Source: Candidatus Nanoarchaeia archaeon
GTDB lineage: Archaea > Nanobdellota > Nanobdellia > Woesearchaeales > ARS49
Direction of reading: 5' to 3'
Assembly: GCA_041489925.1 (NCBI GenBank)
Contig: JBGPSD010000004.1
Span: 25,143 to 89,142, forward strand
Length of the DNA stretch: 64,000 nt
The notes beneath the pieces are model-generated. The model made no database searches. It worked only from the letters and a program-made list of their open reading frames with translations, and was not told where the DNA came from. Shown here one piece after another: positions 43,723 through 53,395 of this stretch. Position numbers and translations under genes: made by a program. Each line of letters opens with the position of its first letter. The first letter of the stretch is position 1.

Positions 43723-43731
43723 AAAAGAGGA

Positions 43732-44931
43732 ATGATGGGAATGAAATGGGTTTGGGCATTGGTATTTTTGATACTTGCAGTTCTGCCATTTGTTGCCGCA
43801 GAAGACCAGGCTGACTGGTTCGCAATTCCGATACGCTACTCTTGGGACCTGTCAATGGGTGGCTCGTGCGAAAACAGCACCCAGTGCCTCATACACCTGC
43901 TCGGAAACGACACTTATGACGGCGACATCCAAAGATATTTCCAGCAGTTGGAAACACCCTGGCTCGGTCCGAGGTGTGCAAACAATTCGCAGTACATACT
44001 TGATTATTCCTGTGATGCAGGAAACTGGACAACACGCACAAAATATCTTGCGCTTTACCTTTTGAAATATGCTGAGGCAAATTCAGCAGGCGCATTCACA
44101 CTTTACTGCGACACTTACGAGCGCGTGCTGAACCAGTTCAGTTATTATGTGAAGAACGTGCTTGTGTCTGATTATTTCGGAGATGCCTGCGTCATTCAGG
44201 GAAAGACTGTTCCCTGCATTAACAAAATCTGCGTGCTGAGAACGCCCCAGGTTGTTGCAATCGGGACCACAATCAATGGCCCAATCAATGACCCTGCCCG
44301 CTCATTCCTGCTTGCGCTGAATGAAAGCACTTCATTGTGCGACGGCCACGATGCTGAGCACGGAACTGATTTCACAAAATGTGACGCTGAAAAGCCGGTG
44401 TGGTATAACCCCTCATTGCAGGCGGTTGTCTGGCTTTCAGAAGGCTCCCTTGCCCCGCCAACAGCAGACACCAGGGCAAAAATCACAGCGCCAATGGGCA
44501 GCATGAGCTCTTATGTGATGAATGTCCTGCACAATGAGGCAAATCCCGGCATGAATTTCATTTATTTCCCGCGCACAAGATTGTTCAACCACATTTATGT
44601 TGCGCAGAACGGCCCGCGTGGGATATTTGGCTTCCTTGAGGCAGGCTTGCGCCCCGAGTACACGCTCTTGCCTGACAATGAGTCAGAGCCAATCCCGCTT
44701 GACTACATCGGTGTGCGTTACACAGGAATAGAGCTGTATGAACACAGCAACCTCACCTGCCTGAATCTCATCAAGAGGTATGACAGAAATGCATTCTGCG
44801 AAAACCAGACAGCAACAGGATTCAATGTAATCGCAAGGCACCGCTGCGAGCCTGGCTATGAGGATCGATGCAATGGCGCAAGCCCGATTGTTGGCGTGTG
44901 GCCTGCCTTGGCAGGAAAGCTGAGGCCATGA
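43732..44931 (+). CDS. Secreted Cys-rich protein (399 aa) of unknown family
   Basis: Signal peptide MMGMKWVWALVFLILAVLPFVAA, multiple sequons and cysteines, and SD agagga upstream. Confidence 0.7.
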   Translation: MMGMKWVWALVFLILAVLPFVAAEDQADWFAIPIRYSWDLSMGGSCENSTQCLIHLLGNDTYDGDIQRYFQQLETPWLGPRCANNSQYILDYSCDAGNWTTRTKYLALYLLKYAEANSAGAFTLYCDTYERVLNQFSYYVKNVLVSDYFGDACVIQGKTVPCINKICVLRTPQVVAIGTTINGPINDPARSFLLALNESTSLCDGHDAEHGTDFTKCDAEKPVWYNPSLQAVVWLSEGSLAPPTADTRAKITAPMGSMSSYVMNVLHNEANPGMNFIYFPRTRLFNHIYVAQNGPRGIFGFLEAGLRPEYTLLPDNESEPIPLDYIGVRYTGIELYEHSNLTCLNLIKRYDRNAFCENQTATGFNVIARHRCEPGYEDRCNGASPIVGVWPALAGKLRP

Positions 44932-46244
44932 AAATGAAAGCGCAGCTTACGCTGATGATGCTAATGGGGCTTGTAATGCTTATCGCGGTTGGAATTGTTT
45001 TGTACATCGGCGGGTCTTCAATGACAAAAAGCACAGAGCGCGGAGCTGAGCAGCAGCGTTTGAGCCAGTCTGCAATCCAGACAATCAGGGATTATGTCCA
45101 CTCGTGCCTTGACGCAACGACAACTGCTGCATTGGACCTTATCGGAAAGCAGGGCGGAGTCCTCTACAGGGCGCAGGGCGGCTTGACTCCTGATATCCTG
45201 CCTTCAGACCCGCAGGGCGGGCGCCATGTTATTTATGACGGGCTGAATGTCAGCTACCTCATCCGCAGGCCTGGCCAGAATGTTGGCAGGCTTTACTTTG
45301 CAGAGCCCCCTGATTATCCATGGGTCACGTTCCCGTATGTCCTTAACAAATCAGACATGTCAGTCATGAGGACAACATACACTGGCTACTTTGGCATATC
45401 GCTTTTGCCCCCGCTTTTCAAGCCAGGCAAGGACTCCATCCAGGAACAGCTTGAATCATACATCAGCTTTAACCTTCCGCGCTGCACAGACTGGAGCTCA
45501 TTCAAGGGGCTTTCAATCACTGCTGACAAGCCAAATGTCTCTGTAATAATCGCAGAGAACAGGACGCAGATTGAAACCGAGCAGTATTTCTCAGTGGTTG
45601 CGAACTGGCAGGTGAACATCACTGACAGTTCCACAGGTTCCAACACCACACTTGACATGTTCTCGCGCGGTTATCCTGTCCACCTCGCAAAATTCTATGT
45701 TTTCGTGCAGAGCCTGATTTACAGCGAGATAAATGATTCGTCGTTTGACCCGCTCTCGCAAAGCTCGCCTGCAAGCCCCGTTTTTGTTTTCAAGGACATT
45801 TTCAAGAATCCTGAGGATGAGGGCGCTGATGACCTGATTATTGTAAAGGATGCAGAGTCAGAGTTGCGCGGCAAGCCATTGGAATTCAGGATACTGAGGC
45901 AGAACCGCTATCCTGCGCTCTTCTGGATAAACCAGTCTGACATCAACAGCTATGCGTTTTACAGGATGGGCGAATGCCCAGCAGAAGCGCAGTCAATATT
46001 CCTCGAAGGCAACCAGCTCAAAATCACTTATGCAACAGACTCTCCATATGAATGGTCTGGCACGCTTTCAGCAATTGACCCTGATGAGGACAATGTCAGC
46101 TACAGCATCAAGCCTGTGGACGGAAAAATAGACGCCCCGCCAAATGTCGCGCTGTTCATGCTGTATGTTTATGCCTCTGACGGCGGAAACACAAAGGATT
46201 ACCAGATTGTAAACCTGACACTGGCAGGTTGTCCTGAAGAATGA
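44928..46244 (+). CDS. Pilin-like protein with a class III signal peptide (438 aa)
   Basis: Internal ATG at 44928, overlapping the upstream stop as ATGA. The N-terminus is MKMKAQLTLMMLMGLVMLIAVGIVLYIGG. Confidence 0.6.
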   Translation: MKMKAQLTLMMLMGLVMLIAVGIVLYIGGSSMTKSTERGAEQQRLSQSAIQTIRDYVHSCLDATTTAALDLIGKQGGVLYRAQGGLTPDILPSDPQGGRHVIYDGLNVSYLIRRPGQNVGRLYFAEPPDYPWVTFPYVLNKSDMSVMRTTYTGYFGISLLPPLFKPGKDSIQEQLESYISFNLPRCTDWSSFKGLSITADKPNVSVIIAENRTQIETEQYFSVVANWQVNITDSSTGSNTTLDMFSRGYPVHLAKFYVFVQSLIYSEINDSSFDPLSQSSPASPVFVFKDIFKNPEDEGADDLIIVKDAESELRGKPLEFRILRQNRYPALFWINQSDINSYAFYRMGECPAEAQSIFLEGNQLKITYATDSPYEWSGTLSAIDPDEDNVSYSIKPVDGKIDAPPNVALFMLYVYASDGGNTKDYQIVNLTLAGCPEE

Positions 46245-49200
46245 GAAAACTTTTGCTTATCGCGGTGGCTGCAGCGTTTTTCTACATGGCACTCTTTTCC
46301 CAGCAGGCATCCGGCCAGGAGCAGGGATGCTGCTGCGAGCCGATTTATCACCAGGGTGTCATTGAGGAGCGCTCTGCGTGCGAGGCAAAAGGATATAACT
46401 TCACAGCAGAGCTTCCTGCTGAGGTTGGTGAAAGCTGCGACCCAATCTGTGATTCAAAATTCGGCATTCCAATCATCATAACCCCGCCTGCTGACTGCGA
46501 GTCCCCGTTTTTCAACCCTGCTCCAATGAGTGTGGTTGCAAAGGCAGTCAAGGGAAAGAAGCAGATCAGGCTAATCTACACTGTTCCGTGTCCGATGCAG
46601 GCAATCGCTGTTAACATCTCGCGCTGCACAGGTGATGATTGCGAGGACTTTTCCCAGATTGCCCAGATGTCGCCCACAGGGGTTTACACTGACGCATCAC
46701 CTGAGCTTCTCTGGAACACCCCTTACACTTACATGGTTGTCATCACCTCGCGGATTTCAGGCGCTTCAGAGCCAGGTTATGCAATTGGCAATGCTGGTGA
46801 CATTGAATGCTGGTATCAGGGATTTGACAAGTTCTGCATTTCAGATTACTACTACACCCGCTTCCAGGAATATTTGTCAATGTACGGCTACTATGACACC
46901 CCTGCAGATGCATTCGCAGGCGATTTACAGTCTTCTGTTGAGCTGACATTTGCTGACAAGTTTAATACCGGGAGATACTGCAATGACATCAACCTGCTCA
47001 GCGACACTGGCTTAAGCTGCCCTGAAGGAAAGAAGTGCGTCTCAGGAAAGCTCGGGCTTGCGTGCATCACTCCAACACTCTGCGAAGGCGGCGGATTGTT
47101 CGGGCTTTACTCATCACCTGAAACCTGCGAGGGAACAGAATCTGCGAAGAAGTACTGCTTCTTTGACCGCTCGCACAGTTCTGTTGACAGGTGCTACTCT
47201 TGCAGCCCGCAGATGAGCTGCGCTGACTACAGGTCAGAGGGCGCGTGCAACCGCGACAACTGCTTTGCAGGCAACTGCTCATGGAAGCCTGTTTTCCCTG
47301 ACATCGGAATAGGAGTCTGTGTTGACAGCAGGTTCCCAAACTGCGCGTGGTGTACAAAGCAGGGCACAGACGGGCTTGAGAATGCAGATGCTTACAATGA
47401 AGTGTTTGACCAGTGCACTGCAAGGAAATCAATAGCGCTCACTGTTCCAAATTATCTTTGCACATTTGACAAGAACGCCCAGGAAAGCAATGGCTGTGAC
47501 GCCACTGCCTGCATGGATTACAATGACACTGACTGCGGCTCGCCTGCAGGAGGCATTCAGCTTAATCCTGACAACTCGCTTGAGGTTGGAAGCACTGACC
47601 CGTGCAGCATAAAGGTCTGCCAGCTTCAGTCTGGCATTGGCTGCCTGAAGAATGCTGACGGAAACGGGCTCTTTGACTGCGGCATAAAATCTGATGACCG
47701 AAGGCAGTGCGAGCTTGACCATTATCCGCCGAACACGACTTTTGTCGCAACATCTTACAAGCCAAACCGCATGGACTGGCTCGAGGCAAGGATGCTTGAC
47801 CAGGTGAATGGCACTGCAGATGCGTATTACATGGAGGGCAAGCCAGGTTACAGGCTGAGGGTTTGCGTTGACAGCGAAGAAACACCCTGCGCTGAAGCCA
47901 CAACATTTGCCGAGACAAATCTTTCCTTGCTGAACTTCAATGACCTTTACCTGCAGGCAGGCAGGGATGTGCTTGCCACGATGTCCGACGGCGAGAACAC
48001 GCTGAAATATTATGGCGTTGACCGCAGCAACAACCCAGAGGTTGTCAAGGAAATGACAATACTTGCCTGCGACAAATGCCAGGGGCCGAAAGTGCTTGGC
48101 ATCAATGTCACCCCGAGCAAAAGCTATGAAGGGAAGTTTTACACAATATCCGAAATTCCAGTAATAACTGTCGCGTTCAATGAGCTTTCAACCCTGACCA
48201 CTGCCACGCTGTCAATCGGCAACAAGGTGATGCCTGTAAACGTCATGCCTCTTGGAGGGGCGAATTATGATTACACTTTTATCCCGATAAACACGCTTGA
48301 GGATGGCGAATACCTGCTGGCATTTAATGCAAAGGACAGCAATGGGCGGCTTATGGACTTGCCTGGCTCTGCAATTATTGTTGTTGACACAACCCCAGGG
48401 GATGTTACAATAATTCCGCGTGACGGCACTGTCATCAATGAAACATCAGTTCAAATCTCTTTCACCTTCAATCAGCCTCCTGTCAGCCTGCTTGGCGCCT
48501 ACCTTGACAATGAAGTCTGGATTAGCAAGTATGCCACGAAGAAAAAAATAATGAACCTGACATCAAGCCTTGTGGAAACAGAGCCAAATAAGGTCTATGA
48601 CACCACTGTCGATGAGCTTTACGGCGGAAAGAAGAACATCAGGGTTTATGCAGAGGACTTGGCAGGCAATCCTGTAATAGGAAAGTCAAGCTTCTGGATT
48701 AACAGCGGCCCATTGCAGATTAGGATGCGCGAGCCGAGCTGGGGGGTAAGCGCAACATACGTGTTTGACATCGCGATTGACACATCAATAGCTGCCACCT
48801 GCAAGTATGCATATGACCTGCCTGCGCCTGTTCCTGTTGCGGCGTTTAATGACTTCCTTGCCCCATTCCCAGAGGAAACAGAGGTTGTCCACAAGATTCC
48901 CGGATTTAACAAGATTTCTTTCGGCGACCTGAAAGCGCACAAGCTGAGTGTTTATTGCAAGGCAGGGACCAATATATCTGTGGAGACCTTTGAGCTACGC
49001 GTTGACCCAAGCCCGCCAACCATCAAGTCTGCTTACGCAGACCCTGCTGTCATAATCGAGCGGAGGACTCCAAGCGCAGACATATTCACAACATACCTGA
49101 AGGCTCAGACAGATGATGACGGCTTCTGCAGGTACAGCCTCGAGAACAGGCCGTTCATACTTATGGAAGGGCTGTTCTCAGGCTTTGACGAATACCCCAA

Positions 49201-51319
49201 GAAATCTCACAGCGCTGAAATAAACGTAACTAAAGACATGACGTCATACACTTATTATGTTGCCTGCAAGAACACTGCAGAGCTGCCTTCTGCAACAGTG
49301 CCTGTCAAATTCAGCGTTGACACAACAATACCATTTGCGATAACAAGCCTCACCCCGCCATACTCCAACTCAACAGAATTCAGCATCGCCCTGCAGACAA
49401 ACAAGCGCGCATTATGCTACATTGCAGAAGACCCTGAAGTCACTCCCACTTTCATGGGATTGATGGGTCATTCGCACGTCTACCCTGTTGAAGTCAATAA
49501 GTCAGGCAATTATTCCTGGTATGTGAAGTGCAGCACTGGCGCAGGAAGCGAGGTTGCTGATATCTGGATTCCTGTGCTTGTTGACACAACCCCGCCCGTA
49601 ATGCTGTACGTGAATGACAGTTCCAACCTGGCTGAGACTCCTGATGTCTCTTACTTCCTTGACCAGCTGATGGTAAAATTCCTTGGAATTGACAATGAGA
49701 CTGCTGTTAATGCGTATTATTACCGCCTGCAGACTTTCTTCGCGAACGCCACAATCCTCAACTGGACTCTCAGCACAAACACAAACGGCACAGCATTTTA
49801 TGTGACTGGGTTGAACCTCACAGATGGCAACAAGTACAGGTTCGAGGTCTATCCTGTGAACATTATCGGGCTGCAGGGCGGTGCAAAGCAGAGCGATGGT
49901 GTGACAATTGACTCAACCAAGAAGCCTGCTGACTGCGTCAATGACATTCAGGATGGAAATGAAACAGACCTTGACTGCGGAGGACCATGCCCTGGCTGCA
50001 ATGATGGCGGCAAGTGCAATGCAGACACAGACTGCCTGTCAGGATTCTGCAACAGTGGACTCTGCGCACTGGTCGGCTGCGATGATGTTGCAAAGAATGG
50101 CAATGAAACAGATGTTGACTGCGGCGGAGGAGTGTGCCTGCCGTGCGGAATGAACAAGAGCTGCGTGCAGGATGCTGACTGCGCGAGCGGCAGCTGCAAT
50201 TATGGCACGTGCGGCGACCCGATACCATGCTCAGACGGCTTGCTCACAGGAACAGAATCAGACATTGACTGCGGAGGCTCATGCCCGAACAAGTGCGGCG
50301 AGGGAAAGAACTGCCAGGTGCCTTCTGACTGCGCAGGCGCACTGCTTTGCATTGACGAAACCTGCCAGGGATTGCTCGACAGCGACAATGACGGCGTTGA
50401 GGACGCAAAGGACAAGTGCCCGAACACGCCCACCGGTGAAACAGTTGATGAAAACGGCTGCTCTGCTTCGCAAAGGTTCACCTGCGGCGATGAGATATCT
50501 GACGGCTGGAGGATAAAGTACTTTGGCAGCGTGCTTTGCGATGGAGACGGCGCCCCTGATGCAGACCCTGACAAGGACGGCCTTACAAATGTTGAGGAAT
50601 ACAGGGCGCGCACTGACCCGGCAAACGCAGACACTGATGGCGATGGATGGAATGACAAGGTTGAGCTTGACAAGGGCTATGACCCTCTTGACCCTGCTTC
50701 GCACCCGCCAAGCAAGGTGCGCATTTTGCTCTGGACTCTGCTCATACTTCTTTTGCTTGCAGTTCTGGGCGTCGGAGGCTGGCTCGGCTACCAGTATTAC
50801 ATGGAGAAGAGGCTTGAAGCCCTTCCGCCTTCAATACCCGCAAAGCCAGAAGCCCCTGAGCGCAAGTACAGGAAGTGGCCTTCAATAATTGAAAAGCTGC
50901 GCAGGATAGCGCGCAAGGAAGAGCCTGGTGTCATTGACCGCGACTGGGTATCGCTCGCAGAGCTTTCAGAGCGCCTGAAGGAAGGGAAAGTGCACGTGCA
51001 CAAGGATGTCTTTGAACGCCTTGAGGGCCTGATAAGCGGAAAGATTCCCAAAGAGGAGACAGAAAGCATCCTTGAGGCAATCCAGAAGGCGCCAAAGGCA
51101 TTCAAGCTTTTGCGCAGGATTTCATTTGAGAAGCTCTCCCCTGCTGAAAAGGAGTTTGTGCGCAAGCGCCTTGCATTCCTGAAGTCAGGAAAGCTCACAT
51201 CAGCAGAGCTTGAGGAAGTGCTCACAAAGCTGCGTATAACCGCGGCATATTACAGGACTCACAGGGCAGAGCTTGAGCGCGAGCTTGAGGAATGGCTTGA
51301 TGAGCGGAGGCACAAATGA
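46241..51319 (+). CDS. Giant type-I membrane surface protein (1692 aa): signal peptide, Cys-rich region, at least 5 Ig-like modules, 3 Cys-knot repeats, TSP3-like Ca-binding repeats, TM anchor and a charged cytoplasmic tail
   Basis: ATGA overlap with the upstream gene. Recurrent VDTTP-type module boundaries are IVVDTTPGD, RVDPSPPTI, SVDTTIPFA, LVDTTPPVM and TIDSTKKPA. Three repeats of NGNETD.DCGG.C..C....C...DC..G.C....C are present. DxDxDG motifs are DSDNDGVED, DPDKDGLTN and DTDGDGWND. The TM segment ILLWTLLILLLLAVLGVGGWLGY is followed by ~170 aa of K/E/R-rich tail. Confidence 0.8.
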   Translation: MRKLLLIAVAAAFFYMALFSQQASGQEQGCCCEPIYHQGVIEERSACEAKGYNFTAELPAEVGESCDPICDSKFGIPIIITPPADCESPFFNPAPMSVVAKAVKGKKQIRLIYTVPCPMQAIAVNISRCTGDDCEDFSQIAQMSPTGVYTDASPELLWNTPYTYMVVITSRISGASEPGYAIGNAGDIECWYQGFDKFCISDYYYTRFQEYLSMYGYYDTPADAFAGDLQSSVELTFADKFNTGRYCNDINLLSDTGLSCPEGKKCVSGKLGLACITPTLCEGGGLFGLYSSPETCEGTESAKKYCFFDRSHSSVDRCYSCSPQMSCADYRSEGACNRDNCFAGNCSWKPVFPDIGIGVCVDSRFPNCAWCTKQGTDGLENADAYNEVFDQCTARKSIALTVPNYLCTFDKNAQESNGCDATACMDYNDTDCGSPAGGIQLNPDNSLEVGSTDPCSIKVCQLQSGIGCLKNADGNGLFDCGIKSDDRRQCELDHYPPNTTFVATSYKPNRMDWLEARMLDQVNGTADAYYMEGKPGYRLRVCVDSEETPCAEATTFAETNLSLLNFNDLYLQAGRDVLATMSDGENTLKYYGVDRSNNPEVVKEMTILACDKCQGPKVLGINVTPSKSYEGKFYTISEIPVITVAFNELSTLTTATLSIGNKVMPVNVMPLGGANYDYTFIPINTLEDGEYLLAFNAKDSNGRLMDLPGSAIIVVDTTPGDVTIIPRDGTVINETSVQISFTFNQPPVSLLGAYLDNEVWISKYATKKKIMNLTSSLVETEPNKVYDTTVDELYGGKKNIRVYAEDLAGNPVIGKSSFWINSGPLQIRMREPSWGVSATYVFDIAIDTSIAATCKYAYDLPAPVPVAAFNDFLAPFPEETEVVHKIPGFNKISFGDLKAHKLSVYCKAGTNISVETFELRVDPSPPTIKSAYADPAVIIERRTPSADIFTTYLKAQTDDDGFCRYSLENRPFILMEGLFSGFDEYPKKSHSAEINVTKDMTSYTYYVACKNTAELPSATVPVKFSVDTTIPFAITSLTPPYSNSTEFSIALQTNKRALCYIAEDPEVTPTFMGLMGHSHVYPVEVNKSGNYSWYVKCSTGAGSEVADIWIPVLVDTTPPVMLYVNDSSNLAETPDVSYFLDQLMVKFLGIDNETAVNAYYYRLQTFFANATILNWTLSTNTNGTAFYVTGLNLTDGNKYRFEVYPVNIIGLQGGAKQSDGVTIDSTKKPADCVNDIQDGNETDLDCGGPCPGCNDGGKCNADTDCLSGFCNSGLCALVGCDDVAKNGNETDVDCGGGVCLPCGMNKSCVQDADCASGSCNYGTCGDPIPCSDGLLTGTESDIDCGGSCPNKCGEGKNCQVPSDCAGALLCIDETCQGLLDSDNDGVEDAKDKCPNTPTGETVDENGCSASQRFTCGDEISDGWRIKYFGSVLCDGDGAPDADPDKDGLTNVEEYRARTDPANADTDGDGWNDKVELDKGYDPLDPASHPPSKVRILLWTLLILLLLAVLGVGGWLGYQYYMEKRLEALPPSIPAKPEAPERKYRKWPSIIEKLRRIARKEEPGVIDRDWVSLAELSERLKEGKVHVHKDVFERLEGLISGKIPKEETESILEAIQKAPKAFKLLRRISFEKLSPAEKEFVRKRLAFLKSGKLTSAELEEVLTKLRITAAYYRTHRAELERELEEWLDERRHK

Positions 51320-51834
51320 ATAATCGTGCGCAAATGATAGGCCAGGTTTTCATCTTCATCATAGCAGGGCTTGTCTTCGTGCTTATCCTTGGCTATGGCT
51401 ACAAGGCAATAATGGGCTTAATGGAAAAAGGCGAGAAGGTCCAGCTGATTGACTTCCGCAATAAGCTTGACTCCTCAATCAACATCATAAAAAGGGATTA
51501 TGGGAGCGTGCAGCGCGTTGACCTTATTGTGCCTTCAAATACAGATGAAGTCTGCTTTGCGACTTCTGACAAGAATGATGTGCGCTCGGGCGAATGGGAA
51601 AAGAATTTCCAGGAAGAGCGTCCATTGTTTTACGGCGCTTGGGTAACAGGCACTGAGAATGTCTTCTTTGTGCCAAAACAGTCCACTCCAATACCTGAAA
51701 AGGATATTGTCGTTGACCCTGAAGGCAAGGGCTATCTGTGCGTCAATGCTGCAGGAGGCAGGATAAGCCTGCGCATGGAGGGCATTGGAAGCAAGGTGCT
51801 GATAACAGAATGGCCTGTGCAGGGGGCAGAATGA
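51316..51834 (+). CDS. Pilin-like protein with a class III signal peptide (172 aa)
   Basis: SD ggagg and an ATGA overlap with the giant gene. The N-terminus is MNNRAQMIGQVFIFIIAGLVFVLILG. Confidence 0.6.
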   Translation: MNNRAQMIGQVFIFIIAGLVFVLILGYGYKAIMGLMEKGEKVQLIDFRNKLDSSINIIKRDYGSVQRVDLIVPSNTDEVCFATSDKNDVRSGEWEKNFQEERPLFYGAWVTGTENVFFVPKQSTPIPEKDIVVDPEGKGYLCVNAAGGRISLRMEGIGSKVLITEWPVQGAE

Positions 51835-52913
51835 GCAAGCGCGCGATTGAAATGCAGTTCAACTGGATTTTCATCCTGATAGCAGGCGCTGTCATCCTTG
51901 CTTTCTTTTTCAACGTTGTGCAAAAGCAGCGCACGCTCAGCGAGGAAAAGCTTTCAATAAAGCTCGCATCGCAGATGGACGCTATTTTTTCAGGCGCAAT
52001 AGAAAGCAAGGGCACAATTCAGCCGCTCGCAACCCCCCAGCCAGGGATTGCGTTTTCCTGCAGTGATACCTGCGTCTGCAAATACCACGTAGGCAAAAGC
52101 GGAATAGAGTTTAATGACAAACTGATTTTCGCGCCGCCCTTAATCAAGGAACAGGACGCAAGGGCGTGGGCTGTTGAGTGGAAGCTGCCATTCCGCATTG
52201 CAAACTTTTTGATGCTCACAAATCCCGCAATAAAGTATTACCTTGTTTATGATTCTGCAAACCCGCTGTCAGCGCAGGCTTTCCAGCGCATCAGCAAAGG
52301 GCTGCCAAAGGAAATCAACAGGGAAACAATCTCATCCCCTTCAGGAGCAGGGGATGTTTCACCAGGTGGTTATGTGCAGACGCGCTTTGTTTTCATCGGC
52401 ACATCAGAGCCTGACCTTGGCAATCTCAGGATGGAATTTCAGAGCGAGGATGTTTCAGGCGTTTGGCTGGATGACACCCTGGAGAAAGTTGTGTTTTACG
52501 AGAAATCAGACCCTGACAGGCTTGAATTCAACCAGTACCCTTCGTCGCTTGCAGGCGAGGAGACTGCTTATGCTGCAATATTTGCCGCAGACCACATGAT
52601 GTACAACTGCATGATGGAGCGCGCATTTGACAAGCTCGGCGCAATAGCAGGCGTGCACGAAGCCCGCGCCCGTGCTTTGCAGGAAACTATGGGCGCGCTT
52701 GACACTCCGCGGCTTGACTGTGTTGGCGCTTATGACCCGATTATCACATCGCTTGCGAATATGAGGCAGAAGGCAGTATTGCTTGGCACTTCCTTTTCCC
52801 AGGAAGCCGATGCGCAGGGCGCAGGAGCCCTTGCTGGAATCCTCGGAGTCCAGACAGAGCTTAACACCCAGAATACAAACCTGATAAAGCAGAACTGCCC
52901 GGAGATTTACTGA
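51831..52913 (+). CDS. Pilin-like protein (variant class III signal, 360 aa)
   Basis: Internal ATG at 51831 overlapping the upstream stop (ATGA). The N-terminus is MSKRAIEMQFNWIFILIAGAVILAFFF. Confidence 0.55.
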   Translation: MSKRAIEMQFNWIFILIAGAVILAFFFNVVQKQRTLSEEKLSIKLASQMDAIFSGAIESKGTIQPLATPQPGIAFSCSDTCVCKYHVGKSGIEFNDKLIFAPPLIKEQDARAWAVEWKLPFRIANFLMLTNPAIKYYLVYDSANPLSAQAFQRISKGLPKEINRETISSPSGAGDVSPGGYVQTRFVFIGTSEPDLGNLRMEFQSEDVSGVWLDDTLEKVVFYEKSDPDRLEFNQYPSSLAGEETAYAAIFAADHMMYNCMMERAFDKLGAIAGVHEARARALQETMGALDTPRLDCVGAYDPIITSLANMRQKAVLLGTSFSQEADAQGAGALAGILGVQTELNTQNTNLIKQNCPEIY

Positions 52914-53395
52914 TGAAAAAAGCGCAGATACAGATGTTTGAGACTGTTGGCGTGCTTGTGGTATTCTTCTTCCTGCTTGTTGCCGGCGCAGTGTTTTATT
53001 TCAACATCCAGAAGTCATCAATGCAGAAGGAGCTTGTCCAGCAGGCTCAGCTCAGGAGCCTGCAGTCAGCCCAGCGCGCTGTCTTTTTGCCAGAGCTTGA
53101 CTGCAGCTTTGCCCGTGTGACGCGCGACAACTGCTTTGACCGCTTCAAGATCGCGGCATTGCATGAAATTATCGCAAATGATGACCACACGCGCCAGGTT
53201 TATACCCGCTCTTTCGGATATGCAAACATCTCTGTAACAGAGGTCTTTCCAGGCTCTGGGACGACTGTGATTTACGACTATCCGCCTGAGGAATACCGTG
53301 GCGTACTGAAGTCGCAGCTGCCTGTCCTGCTTTATGACCCTGTGACATGGGATGCTGCATTTGGAATAATGGAGGTCACAACATATGCGTCGTGA
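52913..53395 (+). CDS. Pilin-like protein with a class III signal peptide (160 aa)
   Basis: TGATG overlap. The N-terminus is MKKAQIQMFETVGVLVVFFFLLVAGAVFYF. Confidence 0.6.
   Translation: MKKAQIQMFETVGVLVVFFFLLVAGAVFYFNIQKSSMQKELVQQAQLRSLQSAQRAVFLPELDCSFARVTRDNCFDRFKIAALHEIIANDDHTRQVYTRSFGYANISVTEVFPGSGTTVIYDYPPEEYRGVLKSQLPVLLYDPVTWDAAFGIMEVTTYAS

Noticed and set aside
43392-43735. ORFs 43392..43658 and 43457..43735 covering the gap after the 645-aa protein
   Set aside because: Their translations are Arg/Ala-rich and featureless. The third frame, in phase with the upstream gene, encodes clean Cys-motif repeats and is the meaningful one.
49908-50888. Several alternative-frame ORFs (Ala/Thr/Met/Arg-rich, both strands) inside the 3' part of the giant gene
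   Set aside because: They are caused by the GC-rich repetitive Cys/Asp/Gly coding region. The annotated frame carries the clear repeat motifs and continuity.
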